NCBI GenBank assembly: GCA_027002995.1
Contig: JALWZB010000052.1
Coordinates: 196-64,195 of the forward strand
Origin: Desulfurococcales archaeon
GTDB taxonomy: Archaea; Thermoproteota; Thermoprotei_A; Sulfolobales; NBVN01
Direction of reading: 5' to 3'
Length of the DNA: 64,000 nt
Below are positions 46,114 through 57,900 of the stretch, one piece after another (position 1 is the stretch's first letter; each line of letters begins with the position of its first letter). The notes under the pieces are model-generated. The model saw only the letters and a list, made by a program, of their open reading frames with translations, had not been told where the DNA came from and did no database searches. The translations under genes were made by a program, and so were the position numbers.

Positions 46114-46162
46114 TCAGTCGAAAACTCCGCGATCATCCATCACTACTCTACGGGCTCATCAT
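46114..46162 (-). ncRNA. C/D box sRNA candidate
   Basis: Minus strand: AUGAUGA-GCCCGUAGAGUA-GUGA-UGG-AUGAUCG-CGGAGUUUUCGA-CUGA (7-12-4-3-7-12-4). Same internal GUGA-UGG-RUGAUCG unit as 63662..63709. Confidence 0.55.
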
Positions 46163-46286
46163 CGATAATGCCCTAAGATAACCCTGCGTCACCCTTATTC
46201 TCCTTAACCCTGGAGCTGAAGTTAACCCGAATCGATAAGGCCAGAGATAACTTGGTACAAGCATGGTTGAACGAGCATGATTGAGG

Positions 46287-46374
46287 TGGCGCCGGGGGCG
46301 GGATTTGAACCCGCGTGGGCGCGTAGCCCACCGGCTCTCCAGGCCGGCCCCTTGGGCCGCTCGGGCACCCCGGC
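46287..46374 (-). tRNA. tRNA-Ser (anticodon GGA), type II long variable arm, CCA encoded
   Basis: GCCGGGG acceptor pairs with CCCCGGC; anticodon stem CCGGC/GCCGG with loop CUGGAGA; variable arm UGGGCUACGCGCCCACG; T arm CGGGUUCAAAUCCCG. Confidence 0.93.
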
Positions 46375-46399
46375 TCCAAGTAAGTTATTTGTTGTGTGG

Positions 46400-46407
46400 T
46401 TTTAAAG
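46400..46407 (-). promoter_or_regulatory. TATA-like box for tRNA-Ser
   Basis: CTTTAAAA on the minus strand, centred about 29 nt upstream of the tRNA 5' end. Confidence 0.4.
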
Positions 46408-46465
46408 CATGGGGTTCATTAAGGGAGTTGTTCTGCTTACCGGAAATAATTTAGGGTTTTTCCTC

Positions 46466-46777
46466 TTACCTTAAAAGTTCTAGTTCTATGTATACGTCGT
46501 CCGGTACCCTTACCCTCATTATTTGTCTCATCACTTTCTCGTCGGCCGCTATGTCTATGAGGCGCTTGTGTATCCTCATCTCCCACTTCTCGTAGACTTT
46601 AGTGCCTTCACCGTGCGGTAGCCTCAGCACTGGGACTACTAGCCTCTTAACTGGTAGGGGGACGGGGCCCCTTACCTCGACACCCGCTTTCTTCGCTATG
46701 CTCACTAGCTGCTCTGCTACGGCCGTTAGGTGCTGAACGTTAGTGCTCCACAGCCTGATCCTTACTTTGCTTGTCAT
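46466..46777 (-). CDS. rps10: 30S ribosomal protein S10
   Basis: 103-aa ORF; [33 protein letters not shown]. Confidence 0.95.
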   Translation of the reverse strand: MTSKVRIRLWSTNVQHLTAVAEQLVSIAKKAGVEVRGPVPLPVKRLVVPVLRLPHGEGTKVYEKWEMRIHKRLIDIAADEKVMRQIMRVRVPDDVYIELELLR

Positions 46778-46823
46778 GACGGCATACCCTTAAGGTTTGT
46801 GAGGTTGATTAGTTAAAAGGCTT

Positions 46824-48143
46824 TTACTTCTTCCTAATCTCTACAGCCCTGGGCTTAACGTCCATTACGATGCCAATGCCAATGGTCTTACCCATGTCCC
46901 TCATGGCAAACCTGCCAAGTTGCGGGAACTCTGAGTACTTCTCCAGTACCATCGGCTTTATCGGCTTGAACTTTATGATTGCTGACTCGCCTGGCCTCAC
47001 GAACTGCGGGTTCTTCTCAGCTACCTTACCGGTCTTCGGGTCCAGCTTGCCGGGTATCTCAATGATTCTAGACGCTATTGAGGCTGTGTGGGCGTGGATC
47101 ACCGGGCTGTAACCTACGTGGATCGCTGTTGGGTGCCATACGACATAGACCCTGGCGGTGAATTCATCTACTACGGTCGGTGGGTTGTCTAGGTGACCCG
47201 CCACGTCACCTCTCCTAATCTGGTTCTTAGCGACGCCTCTGACGTTGAAGCCTATGTTGTCACCAGGTATGGCCTCCTGAAGCTTCTCATGGTGCATCTC
47301 GATTGACCTGACCTCGCCGACGACGCCTGGAGGCATGAAGACTACCTTGTCACCGACCTTCAGCTTGCCGGTCTCTACCCTACCGACAGGGACTGTGCCG
47401 ACGCCGGAGATACTGTAGACCTCCTGTATCGGGATCCTGAGTGGCTTGTCAATGGGCTTTGGTGGCGGAGTTACTGAGTCAAGGGCTTCCACGAGGGTTG
47501 GACCTTTGTACCAAGGCATGTTCGGTGACTTCTCGATGATGTTGTCGCCAGTCCAGCCAGAGACAGGTACGAAGGGTATCTTGTCGACCTTGTAGCCGAG
47601 CCTCTTCATGAAGTTCTTAAGGATCGTCACTACCTTATTGTACCTCTCCTGGCTCCATGGCGGATCAGTAATATCCATCTTAGTAACAGCAACGATCACT
47701 TGGTCGATACCCATGGTTCTAGCCAGCACGATGTGCTCCATTGTCTGGCCTTCCCTGCTCATGCCGGCCTCGAACTCACCGGTCTTTGCGGAGACTACGA
47801 GTAGTGCTACGTCGGCTTGGCTGGTTCCGGTGATCATGTTCTTGATGAAGTCTCTGTGGCCGGGGGCGTCGATGATGGTCCAGTAGTACTTTGGTGTCTC
47901 GAACTTCATGAAGGTTAGCGCGATGGTTACGCCTCTGTCACGCTCCTCCTTGAGCCTGTCAAGGAACCATGCGTACTTCTCCGATTCCTTGCCTCTCTTC
48001 TTAGCCTCCTCCTCTACCTCCTTAACCAGCTTGGGATCTAGAGCACCTAGCTTTAGTAGCATATGACCTACTAGGGTACTCTTACCATGGTCGACGTGTC
48101 CTATGACGACCAGGTTTAGGTGTTCCTTCTTTGGCTTGCTCAT
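46824..48143 (-). CDS. tuf: translation elongation factor EF-1 alpha
   Basis: 439-aa ORF; GHVDHGKSTL, DAPGHRDF, TKMD; GGGGTGAT SD 5 nt upstream of the ATG. Confidence 0.97.
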   Translation of the reverse strand: MSKPKKEHLNLVVIGHVDHGKSTLVGHMLLKLGALDPKLVKEVEEEAKKRGKESEKYAWFLDRLKEERDRGVTIALTFMKFETPKYYWTIIDAPGHRDFIKNMITGTSQADVALLVVSAKTGEFEAGMSREGQTMEHIVLARTMGIDQVIVAVTKMDITDPPWSQERYNKVVTILKNFMKRLGYKVDKIPFVPVSGWTGDNIIEKSPNMPWYKGPTLVEALDSVTPPPKPIDKPLRIPIQEVYSISGVGTVPVGRVETGKLKVGDKVVFMPPGVVGEVRSIEMHHEKLQEAIPGDNIGFNVRGVAKNQIRRGDVAGHLDNPPTVVDEFTARVYVVWHPTAIHVGYSPVIHAHTASIASRIIEIPGKLDPKTGKVAEKNPQFVRPGESAIIKFKPIKPMVLEKYSEFPQLGRFAMRDMGKTIGIGIVMDVKPRAVEIRKK

Positions 48144-48221
48144 TACGCATCACCCCTACACGGCATCAAGTAGTTATGGTGGGTACCTTATAAAAGTTTT
48201 TTAATGAGAGTTGAAGCCGCC

Positions 48222-48824
48222 TTATCTGGAGCTTAGGGCTATCCTCTCTATCTCCTCTTTTCTTGCGACTGCATAGCTCTTCGGATCATTGTTGGCGGCG
48301 TTTATGATCTCATCAGCTAAGCACTCGGCTATACTCTTCGGGGATCTGAAGGCCGCGTTCCTAGCCCCCTCGGTGAGGTGTCTGAGAGCTAGGTCAACGC
48401 GCCTTAAGGGGGCAACGTCCACGGCGACGTGGTAAATGATGCCACCGTACATTATCCTTGTGGTTTCCTCCCTAGGGGCAGCGTTCTCTATTGCCCTAAC
48501 CAGCACCTGTATCGGGTTCTCCCCTGTCTTAATGTGAATTATTTCAAAGGCGCGTTTCACTATGTTGTAGGCTAGGTGCTTCTTACCGGCGTTCCTTCCA
48601 TGCCTCATGAGGTTGTTTATCAGGCGCTCAACGATGGGTACCTCAGCCTTACCGAACCTCCTGTGCTCATGCCTTCCGCCAGTGTGGGGTAGGTACACTG
48701 GCCTCAACGATATGTACTTCTTGAGGCTCGGGTCCCTAACCACCACGCCCTCGAAATTCCACTTACCGAAGAGCTTTATCTCAATAGTTCTTGTCGTGTA
48801 CTCACCCGCACTCATGGTTACCAC
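48222..48824 (-). CDS. rps7: 30S ribosomal protein S7
   Basis: 200-aa ORF; [29 protein letters not shown]. Confidence 0.95.
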   Translation of the reverse strand: MVTMSAGEYTTRTIEIKLFGKWNFEGVVVRDPSLKKYISLRPVYLPHTGGRHEHRRFGKAEVPIVERLINNLMRHGRNAGKKHLAYNIVKRAFEIIHIKTGENPIQVLVRAIENAAPREETTRIMYGGIIYHVAVDVAPLRRVDLALRHLTEGARNAAFRSPKSIAECLADEIINAANNDPKSYAVARKEEIERIALSSR

Positions 48825-48909
48825 TCAACCCTAGGCAATTCCTCTGCAGAGCTTTAAAAGATTTTAAGTGTGACACGAAGCACAGAGAGGCTATTGGATT
48901 CTAATCGGA

Positions 48910-49434
48910 GTGTGCAATGTCATGTGGGCTGATGAAGCAGGAGGTAACCTCGTAAGGGTAACGGACGTGGAACCCTTCGTTACTGAGGCAGACGACTTCA
49001 TGAGTGGGGCACTTACGTGTTACCTAGAGCGCGGAGGCAGCGTCGTCCTATATTATGTACCACTGGAAGTGGCTAGAGCCATAGCTAGGCTCAAAGCGAT
49101 GGAGGAGGTAATTGAGGCTGCCCAAGACTTTAGAGACAGTATTTACGAGTTACTGATAATGATGGCGCCAAAACTCCGTGACCTCGGAGAATCCATAGAG
49201 ATGGTGGTGATAGACGGGTATAACGAGAAGAACGCAACATACAGTGCCAGCCTTTACCTAAACGCTGACGGAATCAAAGTTAAGTACACGTTAATTCCCA
49301 GCCACGCAATATTCCTCGCAATGCTCTTCAACAAACCTATATACGTCACGGAGGAAATCGTTAAGATTTCGCAGGAGCTTGAGAGCATTAGCGAAGAAGA
49401 CGAATTCTATGATGAGTTCGAAGACGAATTCTAG
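48910..49434 (+). CDS. bifunctional-nuclease (BFN, DUF151-like) domain protein with acidic tail
   Basis: 174-aa ORF; LIPSHAIFLAMLFNKPIYVTEEIV resembles the RPSDAIALA...PIYV core of BFN domains; tail EEDEFYDEFEDEF. Confidence 0.6.
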   Translation: MCNVMWADEAGGNLVRVTDVEPFVTEADDFMSGALTCYLERGGSVVLYYVPLEVARAIARLKAMEEVIEAAQDFRDSIYELLIMMAPKLRDLGESIEMVVIDGYNEKNATYSASLYLNADGIKVKYTLIPSHAIFLAMLFNKPIYVTEEIVKISQELESISEEDEFYDEFEDEF

Positions 49435-49535
49435 CATAGATGCGGCAGGGATCTTTGTAAAGCAACCTTGACCTAAGCTAAAGCTAGGAAAACCGTTAAG
49501 AGGAGCTAAGGGTATGAGTTGCTATTGCTTAAGTA

Positions 49536-49979
49536 TTAACGCACTGGCTTCTGCTTCTTGCCTTTAATTAAGGCATCTAGTGAGACGCCGTTAACCATTA
49601 TTACCTTATACCTGACTCCGGGTAGGTCGCCGAGGGACTTACCCTGGCTACCACCTATGCCCGCTATTATTACTTCGTCGTGCTCGTCAATGAACGTCAC
49701 ACCACCGTCATAAGGGACGAATGCCGTGACCACTTTCCCGTTCTTCACTAATTGCACCCTAACACACTTCCTGAGTGCTGAGTTAGGCTGTCTAGCCTCG
49801 ACACCTACTTTCTCAAGCACTATTCCCCTAGCCATTGGAGCGCCGCCTAACGGGTCGTGCTTCTCCTTAAGCCTAAGCATCCTTATCCTGAACTCCTTCT
49901 GACTCCATCTGAACTTCAGTCTCTTCTGCCTTAACTTCCTCGCTGCGTAGAGGCCGTAGGGTGATTTCTTGCCAGGCAT
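49536..49979 (-). CDS. rps12: 30S ribosomal protein S12
   Basis: 147-aa ORF; [26 protein letters not shown]. Confidence 0.96.
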   Translation of the reverse strand: MPGKKSPYGLYAARKLRQKRLKFRWSQKEFRIRMLRLKEKHDPLGGAPMARGIVLEKVGVEARQPNSALRKCVRVQLVKNGKVVTAFVPYDGGVTFIDEHDEVIIAGIGGSQGKSLGDLPGVRYKVIMVNGVSLDALIKGKKQKPVR

Positions 49980-50043
49980 ACCGACACCTCCATGCCTAGT
50001 AGGGGTTACCTTTCATTTCCTTATAAGCATTTACTTGCATCAT

Positions 50044-50487
50044 TCACGCGACGGAAACAATGTCTATGTCGTAGTACCTCTTTAGTATTAGCTTCGCTTT
50101 AGCGACGTTCCTTCCTCCCCTACCTATTGCTATTCCTCTGTCCTCAGGCGCTACCCTAACGTACAGTACCTTCCTCCCGTCGGGCATCTTGTTCAGTCTT
50201 ATGCCGAGAACCCTGGCCGGCAGGAATATGTTCTTGACGAAGTCCTCCAGCGTGTCGGCCCACTCAACTATCTCTACTCTCCTTCCTAGGATCTTAGATA
50301 ATCTCTTCACGTTCCTACCCTTAGCACCGACGGCTAAGCCTGCCTGACCTGGCGGGACAACGAATACTATGGTCCCAGTGTCGTCATCGATTATGCAGTC
50401 CTTAGCGGATACTCCCGTGATGTCGCTCAGCAACGCGATGTACCTTAGTTCCTCTGCCGTTAGCTTTACTGGCAAGCCTTCACTCAC
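50044..50487 (-). CDS. nusA: NusA-like transcription termination/antitermination factor (two KH domains)
   Basis: 147-aa ORF; GLAVGAKGRNVKRL and GIAIGRGGRNVAKA GXXG loops. Confidence 0.9.
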   Translation of the reverse strand: MSEGLPVKLTAEELRYIALLSDITGVSAKDCIIDDDTGTIVFVVPPGQAGLAVGAKGRNVKRLSKILGRRVEIVEWADTLEDFVKNIFLPARVLGIRLNKMPDGRKVLYVRVAPEDRGIAIGRGGRNVAKAKLILKRYYDIDIVSVA

Positions 50488-50788
50488 CCTCTTCCAGCAG
50501 GTTTGAGTCGCCCGGGTCTATTATCGCTATGGTCGTTATTGGGAACGGCTTACCTACCACCGTCCCCAATTCATAACTACTGCCTGGGAACCTAATGACT
50601 TTAATGCCACTGAGCTTGGCGTAGTAGAGGACGTCGTCCTCAATGTACTTCGGTAGCTTCGTTGCTAAAACGACTCCTTTAGCCTTACCTAGCCTTATCG
50701 CGTCTAAAGACCTCTTAGCGCCTATCACGACTTTCCCGGTCTTTAGGAGACGCCTCAGTTCGTTATCCAGCGAGGATGTCCTAGGCAC
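50480..50788 (-). CDS. rpl30e: 50S ribosomal protein L30e
   Basis: 102-aa ORF; LLKTGKVVIGAKRSLDAIRLGKAKGVVLA. Confidence 0.93.
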   Translation of the reverse strand: MPRTSSLDNELRRLLKTGKVVIGAKRSLDAIRLGKAKGVVLATKLPKYIEDDVLYYAKLSGIKVIRFPGSSYELGTVVGKPFPITTIAIIDPGDSNLLEEGE

Positions 50789-50804
50789 TCCTCCTCACCT
50801 CCCC

Positions 50805-52271
50805 CTACCTCTTACTCAAGGGTTTTATTTTAGTTGGGTCCATTTTAAGCTGTACTTTCGCGGTTCCGACAGGGGCTAGCTGACCTATAATCACGTTCTC
50901 GGTCACGCCGCGAATTAAGTCTACCTCGCCGCGTGCGCTGGCGTCGAATAGGTGCTTCACTGTGACCTCGAAGGCGGCCCTAGCTAGGACGCTGGGCTTT
51001 TCGCCAGCGACTCCATGCCTACCTATTTGCCTAACGACTCCCGTCCTAGTCATCATGTCTGCTAGCAACATTATGTGGCGTATGTCCACGTCAAGACCTT
51101 GCTCATCCAGTGTATTCTTTATTTCCCTGACAAGGGCCTCCCTAGCCGCCTCGATCCCAAGGACGTTTTCTATTTCATGGACACTATTGGACTTCGTGTG
51201 GGTTGGGTCAACACCCTCCACCTTCATTACGGCCGCTAGGTTGGTTCCGTCAGTTATTAGGACGTAGTATTCCCTCCCTGTTTCTGGGTCTTTCCGTTTT
51301 TGCGGTATGACCTTCTTAATGTCCTTTATCCCCTTAAGCTTCATCCTAAGTATCCTGTCCCTGAATTTCTGCGCCTTTATGGGGTCCTTCGTAGGCATGT
51401 CAATTATTATGGTATAAGGATCGTCCGGATCTGGGTTCACCTTACCTGCTAGGGACTTGCTCTTAGAAAGCACCCGTATTATGTCGTCCCTCGTGAGACC
51501 CTTGTCCTGAAGCATGATGGGGTCTAGCTTAATCACTAGTTGCTTGGTAGCAATGGATATGTCGACGACGTCCACCACATTCTCTATGCGGGTCATCTCT
51601 ATCCTTCTAGCAACCTCTATTGCCTTCTCCCTGTCGTACTTATGTTCCTCATCTAGGTGTATCTCCATCATCGGTGTTTCAGGGGTTTTCCTTGCGTCAA
51701 CTAATTCTATTAGCCTAGGGAGACCTAGGGTTACGTTTAACTCCTTAACACCTGCGTAGTGGAAGGTTCTCAGAGTCATCTGCGTGCCGGGCTCACCTAT
51801 TGATTGAGCGGCAACAGTCCCTACAGGCTCCCCTGGATCAACTATGGCTCTCAGGTACGTCCTTACCACGTCATCACGAATTGTCCTTAATTCATCATCG
51901 TCTAACTCTATCCTTGTGTTGACTCTAAATAAAGACGTTACTAGCTCAAGGTAAATACCCTCTGGGAGCACTTCCCTAGCTACCTCTGAAATTGCGATGA
52001 TCTTCTTAGCTTTATCAATGAACTCGTTAAGCTTCTCCTTTAACGCGTCTTCATCTTCAACACTGAAATCTAAGACTTCCCTCAGGAGGGCCCTGCGTAT
52101 CTCCTCCCTGAGTTCCTCTGGTATTTTCCTTCTCGTTAACTTCATCACGCGCTCGACTAGTTTGTCCGGCCGCGTTATCTCCTCTAGAATCTTCTCCGTC
52201 TTAGCTCTCTTTGCTTCAGTCTCGGTCTTCTTTTTCTTCTTACTTGTTTTCTTACCTGTCATTTCTTCCAC
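50805..52271 (-). CDS. rpoA2: DNA-directed RNA polymerase subunit A''
   Basis: [22 protein letters not shown]. 488 aa with a Lys-rich N-terminal extension; the alternative start ATG 52262 forms an ATGA overlap with the rpoA1 stop. Confidence 0.93.
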   Translation of the reverse strand: MEEMTGKKTSKKKKKTETEAKRAKTEKILEEITRPDKLVERVMKLTRRKIPEELREEIRRALLREVLDFSVEDEDALKEKLNEFIDKAKKIIAISEVAREVLPEGIYLELVTSLFRVNTRIELDDDELRTIRDDVVRTYLRAIVDPGEPVGTVAAQSIGEPGTQMTLRTFHYAGVKELNVTLGLPRLIELVDARKTPETPMMEIHLDEEHKYDREKAIEVARRIEMTRIENVVDVVDISIATKQLVIKLDPIMLQDKGLTRDDIIRVLSKSKSLAGKVNPDPDDPYTIIIDMPTKDPIKAQKFRDRILRMKLKGIKDIKKVIPQKRKDPETGREYYVLITDGTNLAAVMKVEGVDPTHTKSNSVHEIENVLGIEAAREALVREIKNTLDEQGLDVDIRHIMLLADMMTRTGVVRQIGRHGVAGEKPSVLARAAFEVTVKHLFDASARGEVDLIRGVTENVIIGQLAPVGTAKVQLKMDPTKIKPLSKR

Positions 52272-54907
52272 CCCACGTGCTTCTCAATGATCCTCTCTAC
52301 GTTGACTGCCTTGCCGAAGGACGTGTTCTTCGGGTCAACACCGTCCTCACCGTACCTGAACTGCACCAGCTCACCGTATGCGCTCCTTACTGTTCCGTCG
52401 TACTCGACGACTAGGTCTATGAGTGAGTTTATGAGTCGGCGCTGCATGTAGCCACTCTGTGATGTTCTGACAGCGGTGTCCACTAAGCCTTCCCTACCTC
52501 CGGCTGCGTGGAAGAACATTTCTATGGGGCTTAGCCCTTTAACGAATGAGCTTGCTACGAAGCCTCTTGCCTCCGGACCTATGTCGCCGCGCTTGAAGTG
52601 CGGTAAGGTCCTCCCTCTGTAGCCTCTGGAGATTCTCTGACCGCGTACTGACTGCTGGCCCAGCATGGCGGTCATCTGCGTTATGTTTAACGCGCTTCCC
52701 CTAGCGCCAGTCTTAGCCATTATGAAGACATTATTGAACGGGTCTAGGTACTTAACAGCCCTTTCACCCGCCTTGTCTCTCGCTTTCGAGAGGACGTCGA
52801 GAATCTTGATCTCTAGGGTCTCCTCAAGCGTTCTTCCGGGCATGGATTCGAGCTTCCCTTCCCTATACATCTTTATTAATTCCTCGATCTCCTTCTTAGC
52901 TTCCTCAACCACTTCCTTGATTTCCTCGTAAGCTTGCTCGGGTATCATTATGTCGGTGAGCGCCATCGTGAAGCCTCGCATTTCAATGAATCTTAGGAAT
53001 AGCTTGAATGCCCTATCCATGAACTCCTTGCCGAACGCGTTCCCGTATTCCCTGACAAGGAAGTGGAGCATTGATTCGGGCTGCTGCGCACCTATTGCTG
53101 CTTTATCGAGTACTCCTAGGAGTAGCTTGCCCTTCTTGACGACTAAGTATGAGTCCCAGAAGCACTCCTCATCCGTGCACTTAAGGACACCGCTCGAGAT
53201 CTTGGCTTCCTTCGAGAAGTTGAAGTTCTCTGGTAGGAGCAGGCTTATTATTTGCTTGCCGGTCCACACTCGCTTCGGGGAGAGTACGGCAGGTTCTGGG
53301 ATCTCGCCGTCGTAGTTGATGCTTGCCAGCAGGTCCGAGACCTGATCCTGCGTTAGCAACGTCACCTTGGATGAGAGCAGGTAAGCACCGCTGATGTAGT
53401 CCTGGATACCCCCTATTATTGGGCCTCCGTACCTGGGGCTCAGGATGTGCTCCTGCACCAGAAGTAACGTCTTAGCCTCCGCCCTAGCCTCGATGTTCTG
53501 AGGTACGTGGAGGTTCATCTCGTCCCCGTCGAAGTCTGCGTTGTATGGCGGGCACACAGCTAGGTGGAGTCTGAAGGTCCTGCCTGGCAGGACCCTAACT
53601 ATGTGACCCATTATGGACATCCTGTGAAGTGATGGTTGCCTGTTGAACAGCACTATGTCGCCGTCAATTAAGTGCCTCTCAACCACGTAGCCGGGCTTAA
53701 GGCTTTCGGCAACCGCCTTCAGGTCCCTGATGAACCTTAAGTCTATCCTCCTTCCTGTGGGATCTATAACGTAGTTTGCGCCGGGGTACTTGTTAGGGCC
53801 GTTGAGGACGTACTTCCTTATCTCATCAATGTTCCATGGCGTCACTCTGACAGGGACCGTCACAGTCTTAGCGATCTCTATGGGGACGCCTACCTCATTT
53901 ATGCTTATGTATGGGTCCGGGCTAATCACCGTTCTAGCGGAGAAATCTACTCTCTTGCCCGATAGGTTCCCTCTGAACCTGCCTTCCTTACCCTTCAGCC
54001 TCTGCGCCAAGGTTCTTAACGGCATTCCGGAGCGTCTTCTTGCAGGCGGCACACCAGGCACTTCGTTGTCTATGTACGTGGTTATGTGGTACTGGAGGAG
54101 TTCCCAGAGGTCCTCGACTATGACTTCAGGCGCGCCAGACGCTATGCTTTCCCTTAGCTTCTCGTTAGTTCTGACGATATCCACTAGCTTGTGGGTGAGG
54201 TCGTCTTCGGACCTGATGCCGGTCTCGAGAAGTATTGAGGGCCTCACACAGATTGGCGGGACAGGGAGAACGCGAATGATCATCCACTTCGGGTGGGAGA
54301 AGTTGGGGTCGTACCCGAGGAGGCGTAGGTGGTCGCTGGGGATCTGGTCGAGCCAGTTGAAGATCTTATTTGGCCAGAGCCTACCCAGCGGTCCTTCCTC
54401 AATGAATGTTGTGGGCTTCTCCAACCTGATCTTGTATTGCTTGGCGTGGCAGTGGGGGCACTCCATATTCTTTATTGCTTTACGCTTGACGAACTCTGAA
54501 AGACTGCGGGCTAGTTGCGGCCACTTGTCCTTTAGCCTTTCGTACAGGTTCAAGTACTTATCTATCTCGTCCTTCGGTATCTTTAAGTGCCCGCACTTCC
54601 TGCACGTGGCTCTCAAGAGGTCATATATGTGCTTGACGAACCCTATGTGGATTACCGGTCTTGCGAGCTCAAGGTGGCCGAAATGACCTGGGCATCTTGC
54701 TAGGGTGTTGCCGCAGGTGGCGCATCTCTGTCCTGGCTCTATGACACCTAGCCTCGGGTCCATGACGCCTCCCTCTACAGGCAGTCCGTTTTCGTCGTAA
54801 ACCTCTGAAGTAACTATGGCTGTTGCTGACATCTTCCTTATAAGGTCTGGGGATAGTATCCCGAACTTAATGGCTCCTATGAACTTCTCTTCCTTCATCA
54901 CTGTCAC
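52259..54907 (-). CDS. rpoA1: DNA-directed RNA polymerase subunit A'
   Basis: 882-aa ORF; zinc motifs CATCGN...CPGHFGH, catalytic [10 protein letters not shown]. Confidence 0.97.
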   Translation of the reverse strand: MTVMKEEKFIGAIKFGILSPDLIRKMSATAIVTSEVYDENGLPVEGGVMDPRLGVIEPGQRCATCGNTLARCPGHFGHLELARPVIHIGFVKHIYDLLRATCRKCGHLKIPKDEIDKYLNLYERLKDKWPQLARSLSEFVKRKAIKNMECPHCHAKQYKIRLEKPTTFIEEGPLGRLWPNKIFNWLDQIPSDHLRLLGYDPNFSHPKWMIIRVLPVPPICVRPSILLETGIRSEDDLTHKLVDIVRTNEKLRESIASGAPEVIVEDLWELLQYHITTYIDNEVPGVPPARRRSGMPLRTLAQRLKGKEGRFRGNLSGKRVDFSARTVISPDPYISINEVGVPIEIAKTVTVPVRVTPWNIDEIRKYVLNGPNKYPGANYVIDPTGRRIDLRFIRDLKAVAESLKPGYVVERHLIDGDIVLFNRQPSLHRMSIMGHIVRVLPGRTFRLHLAVCPPYNADFDGDEMNLHVPQNIEARAEAKTLLLVQEHILSPRYGGPIIGGIQDYISGAYLLSSKVTLLTQDQVSDLLASINYDGEIPEPAVLSPKRVWTGKQIISLLLPENFNFSKEAKISSGVLKCTDEECFWDSYLVVKKGKLLLGVLDKAAIGAQQPESMLHFLVREYGNAFGKEFMDRAFKLFLRFIEMRGFTMALTDIMIPEQAYEEIKEVVEEAKKEIEELIKMYREGKLESMPGRTLEETLEIKILDVLSKARDKAGERAVKYLDPFNNVFIMAKTGARGSALNITQMTAMLGQQSVRGQRISRGYRGRTLPHFKRGDIGPEARGFVASSFVKGLSPIEMFFHAAGGREGLVDTAVRTSQSGYMQRRLINSLIDLVVEYDGTVRSAYGELVQFRYGEDGVDPKNTSFGKAVNVERIIEKHVGWKK

Positions 54908-57900
54908 TCACCCCCGAACCTGTCTTTGAGTATTAGCTTGGGATAGATTAGCATGCTCATCATCTCCTGTATGAGGAGTTTGAAGGCGTACGAAACTGTT
55001 ACGGGGTGTAGCTTGCCTTTATCGCCGTGTATCGGGCACACTAACTTACCGCGGCGCCTGTCGTACCACCCTATCATGCCGCACTCCTCACACACGTATA
55101 TCACGGTCTTGTCGGAGTTCTCAAGGAGCCTCTCCCTTAGGAGTATCGGGGCTCCGTGACCAATGATACAGTCCCTCTCCATCTCACCGAACCTTAGACC
55201 ACCTTCCCTTGCCCTGCCCTCGGTTGGCTGCCTGGTAAGTAGCTGTACCGGGCCTCTTGCCCTAGCATGTATCTTGTCCGTCACCATGTGGTGCAGTCTC
55301 TGGTAGTATACTATGCCTATGAAGACCGGGGTCATTATGAGTTCACCTGTCCTACCATCGTACATGGGCTCTGTGCCGTCCGCTGGATACCCGAGGAGTA
55401 GTAGCTCCCTCTGCAGATCCTCAACCTTCTCGCCGTAGAATGGCGTACCGTCAACACTCCTTCCAGCAAGGGCCGCGACCTTACCAGCTATGGTTTCTAT
55501 GAGCTGACCCACGGTCATTCGTGAGGGCAGTGCGTGCGGGTTAATTATGAGGTCAGGTGTTATCCCGTCTGGCGTGTAGGGCATGTCGTACTGAGGCACT
55601 AGGAGACCTATGACACCTTTCTGTCCGTGCCTTGATGCGAACTTATCTCCTATCTCAGGTATCCTTAAGTCCCTCACCTTTATTCTCACTAACCTGTTAC
55701 CCTCGCCGCTGACGGTTATGACGACGCTGTCCACTACACCCTTATCACCGTGTCTTAGCGTTACTGATGTGTCCCTTCTCGAGACGCCGGTTAAGCCGAA
55801 CTCCTTGTATTCCTCAAGGAACCTGGGCGGGGATGTTTTACCTACTAAGACGTTACCTGCGTTCACCTCAATCTCCGGGCTTATTATGCCGTCACTGTCG
55901 AGGAGGAGGTAGTTGTCCCTGCCCTTGTATCCCCTAACGCTGGGGTCAGGTATCTCTATTCTATCCCTCTGCCCTCCAGCGTACCTTAACTCCTCTGTGC
56001 TGTACTCACGGAAGAATGTTGAGCGGGCTAAGCCACGCTCGACGGATGACTTATTCATTATTAGGGCGTCCTCCATGTTGTAGCCAGTAAATGAAAGCAC
56101 AGCAACGATGAAGTTCTGCCCTGAGGGTCTGTCGTTGTATCCGGTGACGTCCAGGAACTTCGTCTGGACTAGTGGTCTCTGCGGGTAATGTAGGAAGTGA
56201 CCGCGGCTATCGAACCTCAAGTGGAAGTTAGCTGCATAGAGACCTACTGCCTGCTTAGCCATGGCTGACTGGTACGCGTTTCTGGGTGACTGGTTATGCT
56301 CAGCGTAAGGTATTGTTGCGGCCGCTATCCCGACTATGGCTGGCGGCCATATCTCTAGGTGCGTGTGCTCCGGGGTTAGATCCTCTGGGTCTATCGCTAT
56401 GTACGTGTCCTCTTCCTCCTCCGCGTCAAGGTATTCCACTACACCCAACCTTACTAGGTCGGAGAACCTTAACTCACCACTCTTAAGCTTCTCTATGATC
56501 TCCTTGGTTATCTTTGGCTTACCGTTCTCCACTATCAGCAACGGCCTCCTAACACGGCCGGGATCGCAGTTGACGTAAACTTCATTCAGGTATTCAGTCT
56601 TGAGGTACGATATGTTGACCTCGTGATGTAGCCTTCCTGACCTCCTTAACTCACGCACTTTCTTGACAAGGTCCGACGCGTCCTCCTTCAGATAGTACCC
56701 AACTAGGGTTCCGTTGAGGAAGACCTTAGCGTAGCGTGACAGGTTCGTTAGGAGGTTGACGTCACCGTTCCTTAGCCGCTCATATACCTCAACCGCCGGG
56801 ACTACGCCTAACTCCTTCAGGACGGCAAAGACTGCCCTTTCGTCAGTGCCTACCGAGATGTACGCGCTGAGGGCTAAGTTCTTGACTAAGCCACAGTTAG
56901 GACCTTCAGGGGTCTCGAATGGACAGATTCTACCCCACTGAGTTGGGTGGAGATCACGTGCCTCGAAGTGGGGTTGCCCCCTGCTTAGTGGGGCTACGGT
57001 ACGCCTTAGGTGGCTGTGCATTGAGACCCAGTTCATCCTATCGATTATCTGGCTCACACCTGTTCTTCCGCCTACCCAATTGCCTGTGGCTAACGCGTGC
57101 TTTATCCTGTCTGTAACTAAGTCGGGTCTCGCCAGGGCTCTTAAGTTGAGTCTCCTTCCCTTGAGCCTATGCTTCTCGATTTGGTACCTGAAGTCCTTTA
57201 TGAACTGCTTGAGCGCAACCCTGAAGAGCTGCGCCATTAGGTCACCTGCTAACCTCAGCCTCCTGTTAGCATAGTGATCCTTATCATCAGGTTCTCTACG
57301 CCCTAGCGCGAGTTCAAGGAGCTTACACGCCATCTGCCCTAGGTAGAGGGCCTTAGCTAACCTAGCCTCAGGCGTCGTACCTAGGTGCGGTAGGAAGTAA
57401 TTGTCCAGTATCTGTAATGCCCTCTCAATCCTTGCTTCCCTCGCTTGACCTAATGCTACCCTGGAACCGATGAAGTCTAACGCATCCTCCTGTGTTCTTA
57501 TCTCCCTAGCGTGATATAGTGAGGGTATTAGCTCATTCTGTATCTCAGGGTCAGTCGAGACAGCTAAGGCAATATCCCTGTCTTTCTCCAACCCCAGCGC
57601 ACGCATCATGACGACAAACGGCACCTTAGTGGGTATTGGCGGGAAGTTAATCATTAATACGCCGTCCTTATGCCTGTCGAGGATTATCGGCACTCTGTAC
57701 CCTGCCGATGCTGAGATTACTTTAGCTGAGTGCGTGATGTTTGAGCCCTCTTTAGAAACATCCACGAATACTCTGTTGTGAGCTAGGTCTTCCTGAGTAA
57801 CTATCACTTTCTCAGAACCATTGACTATGAAGTAACCTCCAGGATCTCTCCAGTCCTCCCCTATACGTATTAGCTCCTCCTTACTCATCCTCGATGTTGG

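Noticed and set aside
46173-46379. A 68-aa minus-strand ORF, and a 76-aa ORF at 58579..58809
   Set aside because: They overlap the tRNA-Ser and tRNA-Lys genes and translate GC-rich tRNA sequence, so they are not coding.
53790-54686. A 298-aa plus-strand ORF, with similar long ORFs at 5386..6084, 9824..10528, 13188..14543, 16497..17075 and 52950..53315
   Set aside because: All lie antisense to or out of frame within strongly supported conserved genes (rpoA1, feoB, infB, gltX, fni). Their products are Ser/Leu/Pro/Thr-rich with no recognisable motifs. They are shadow ORFs.
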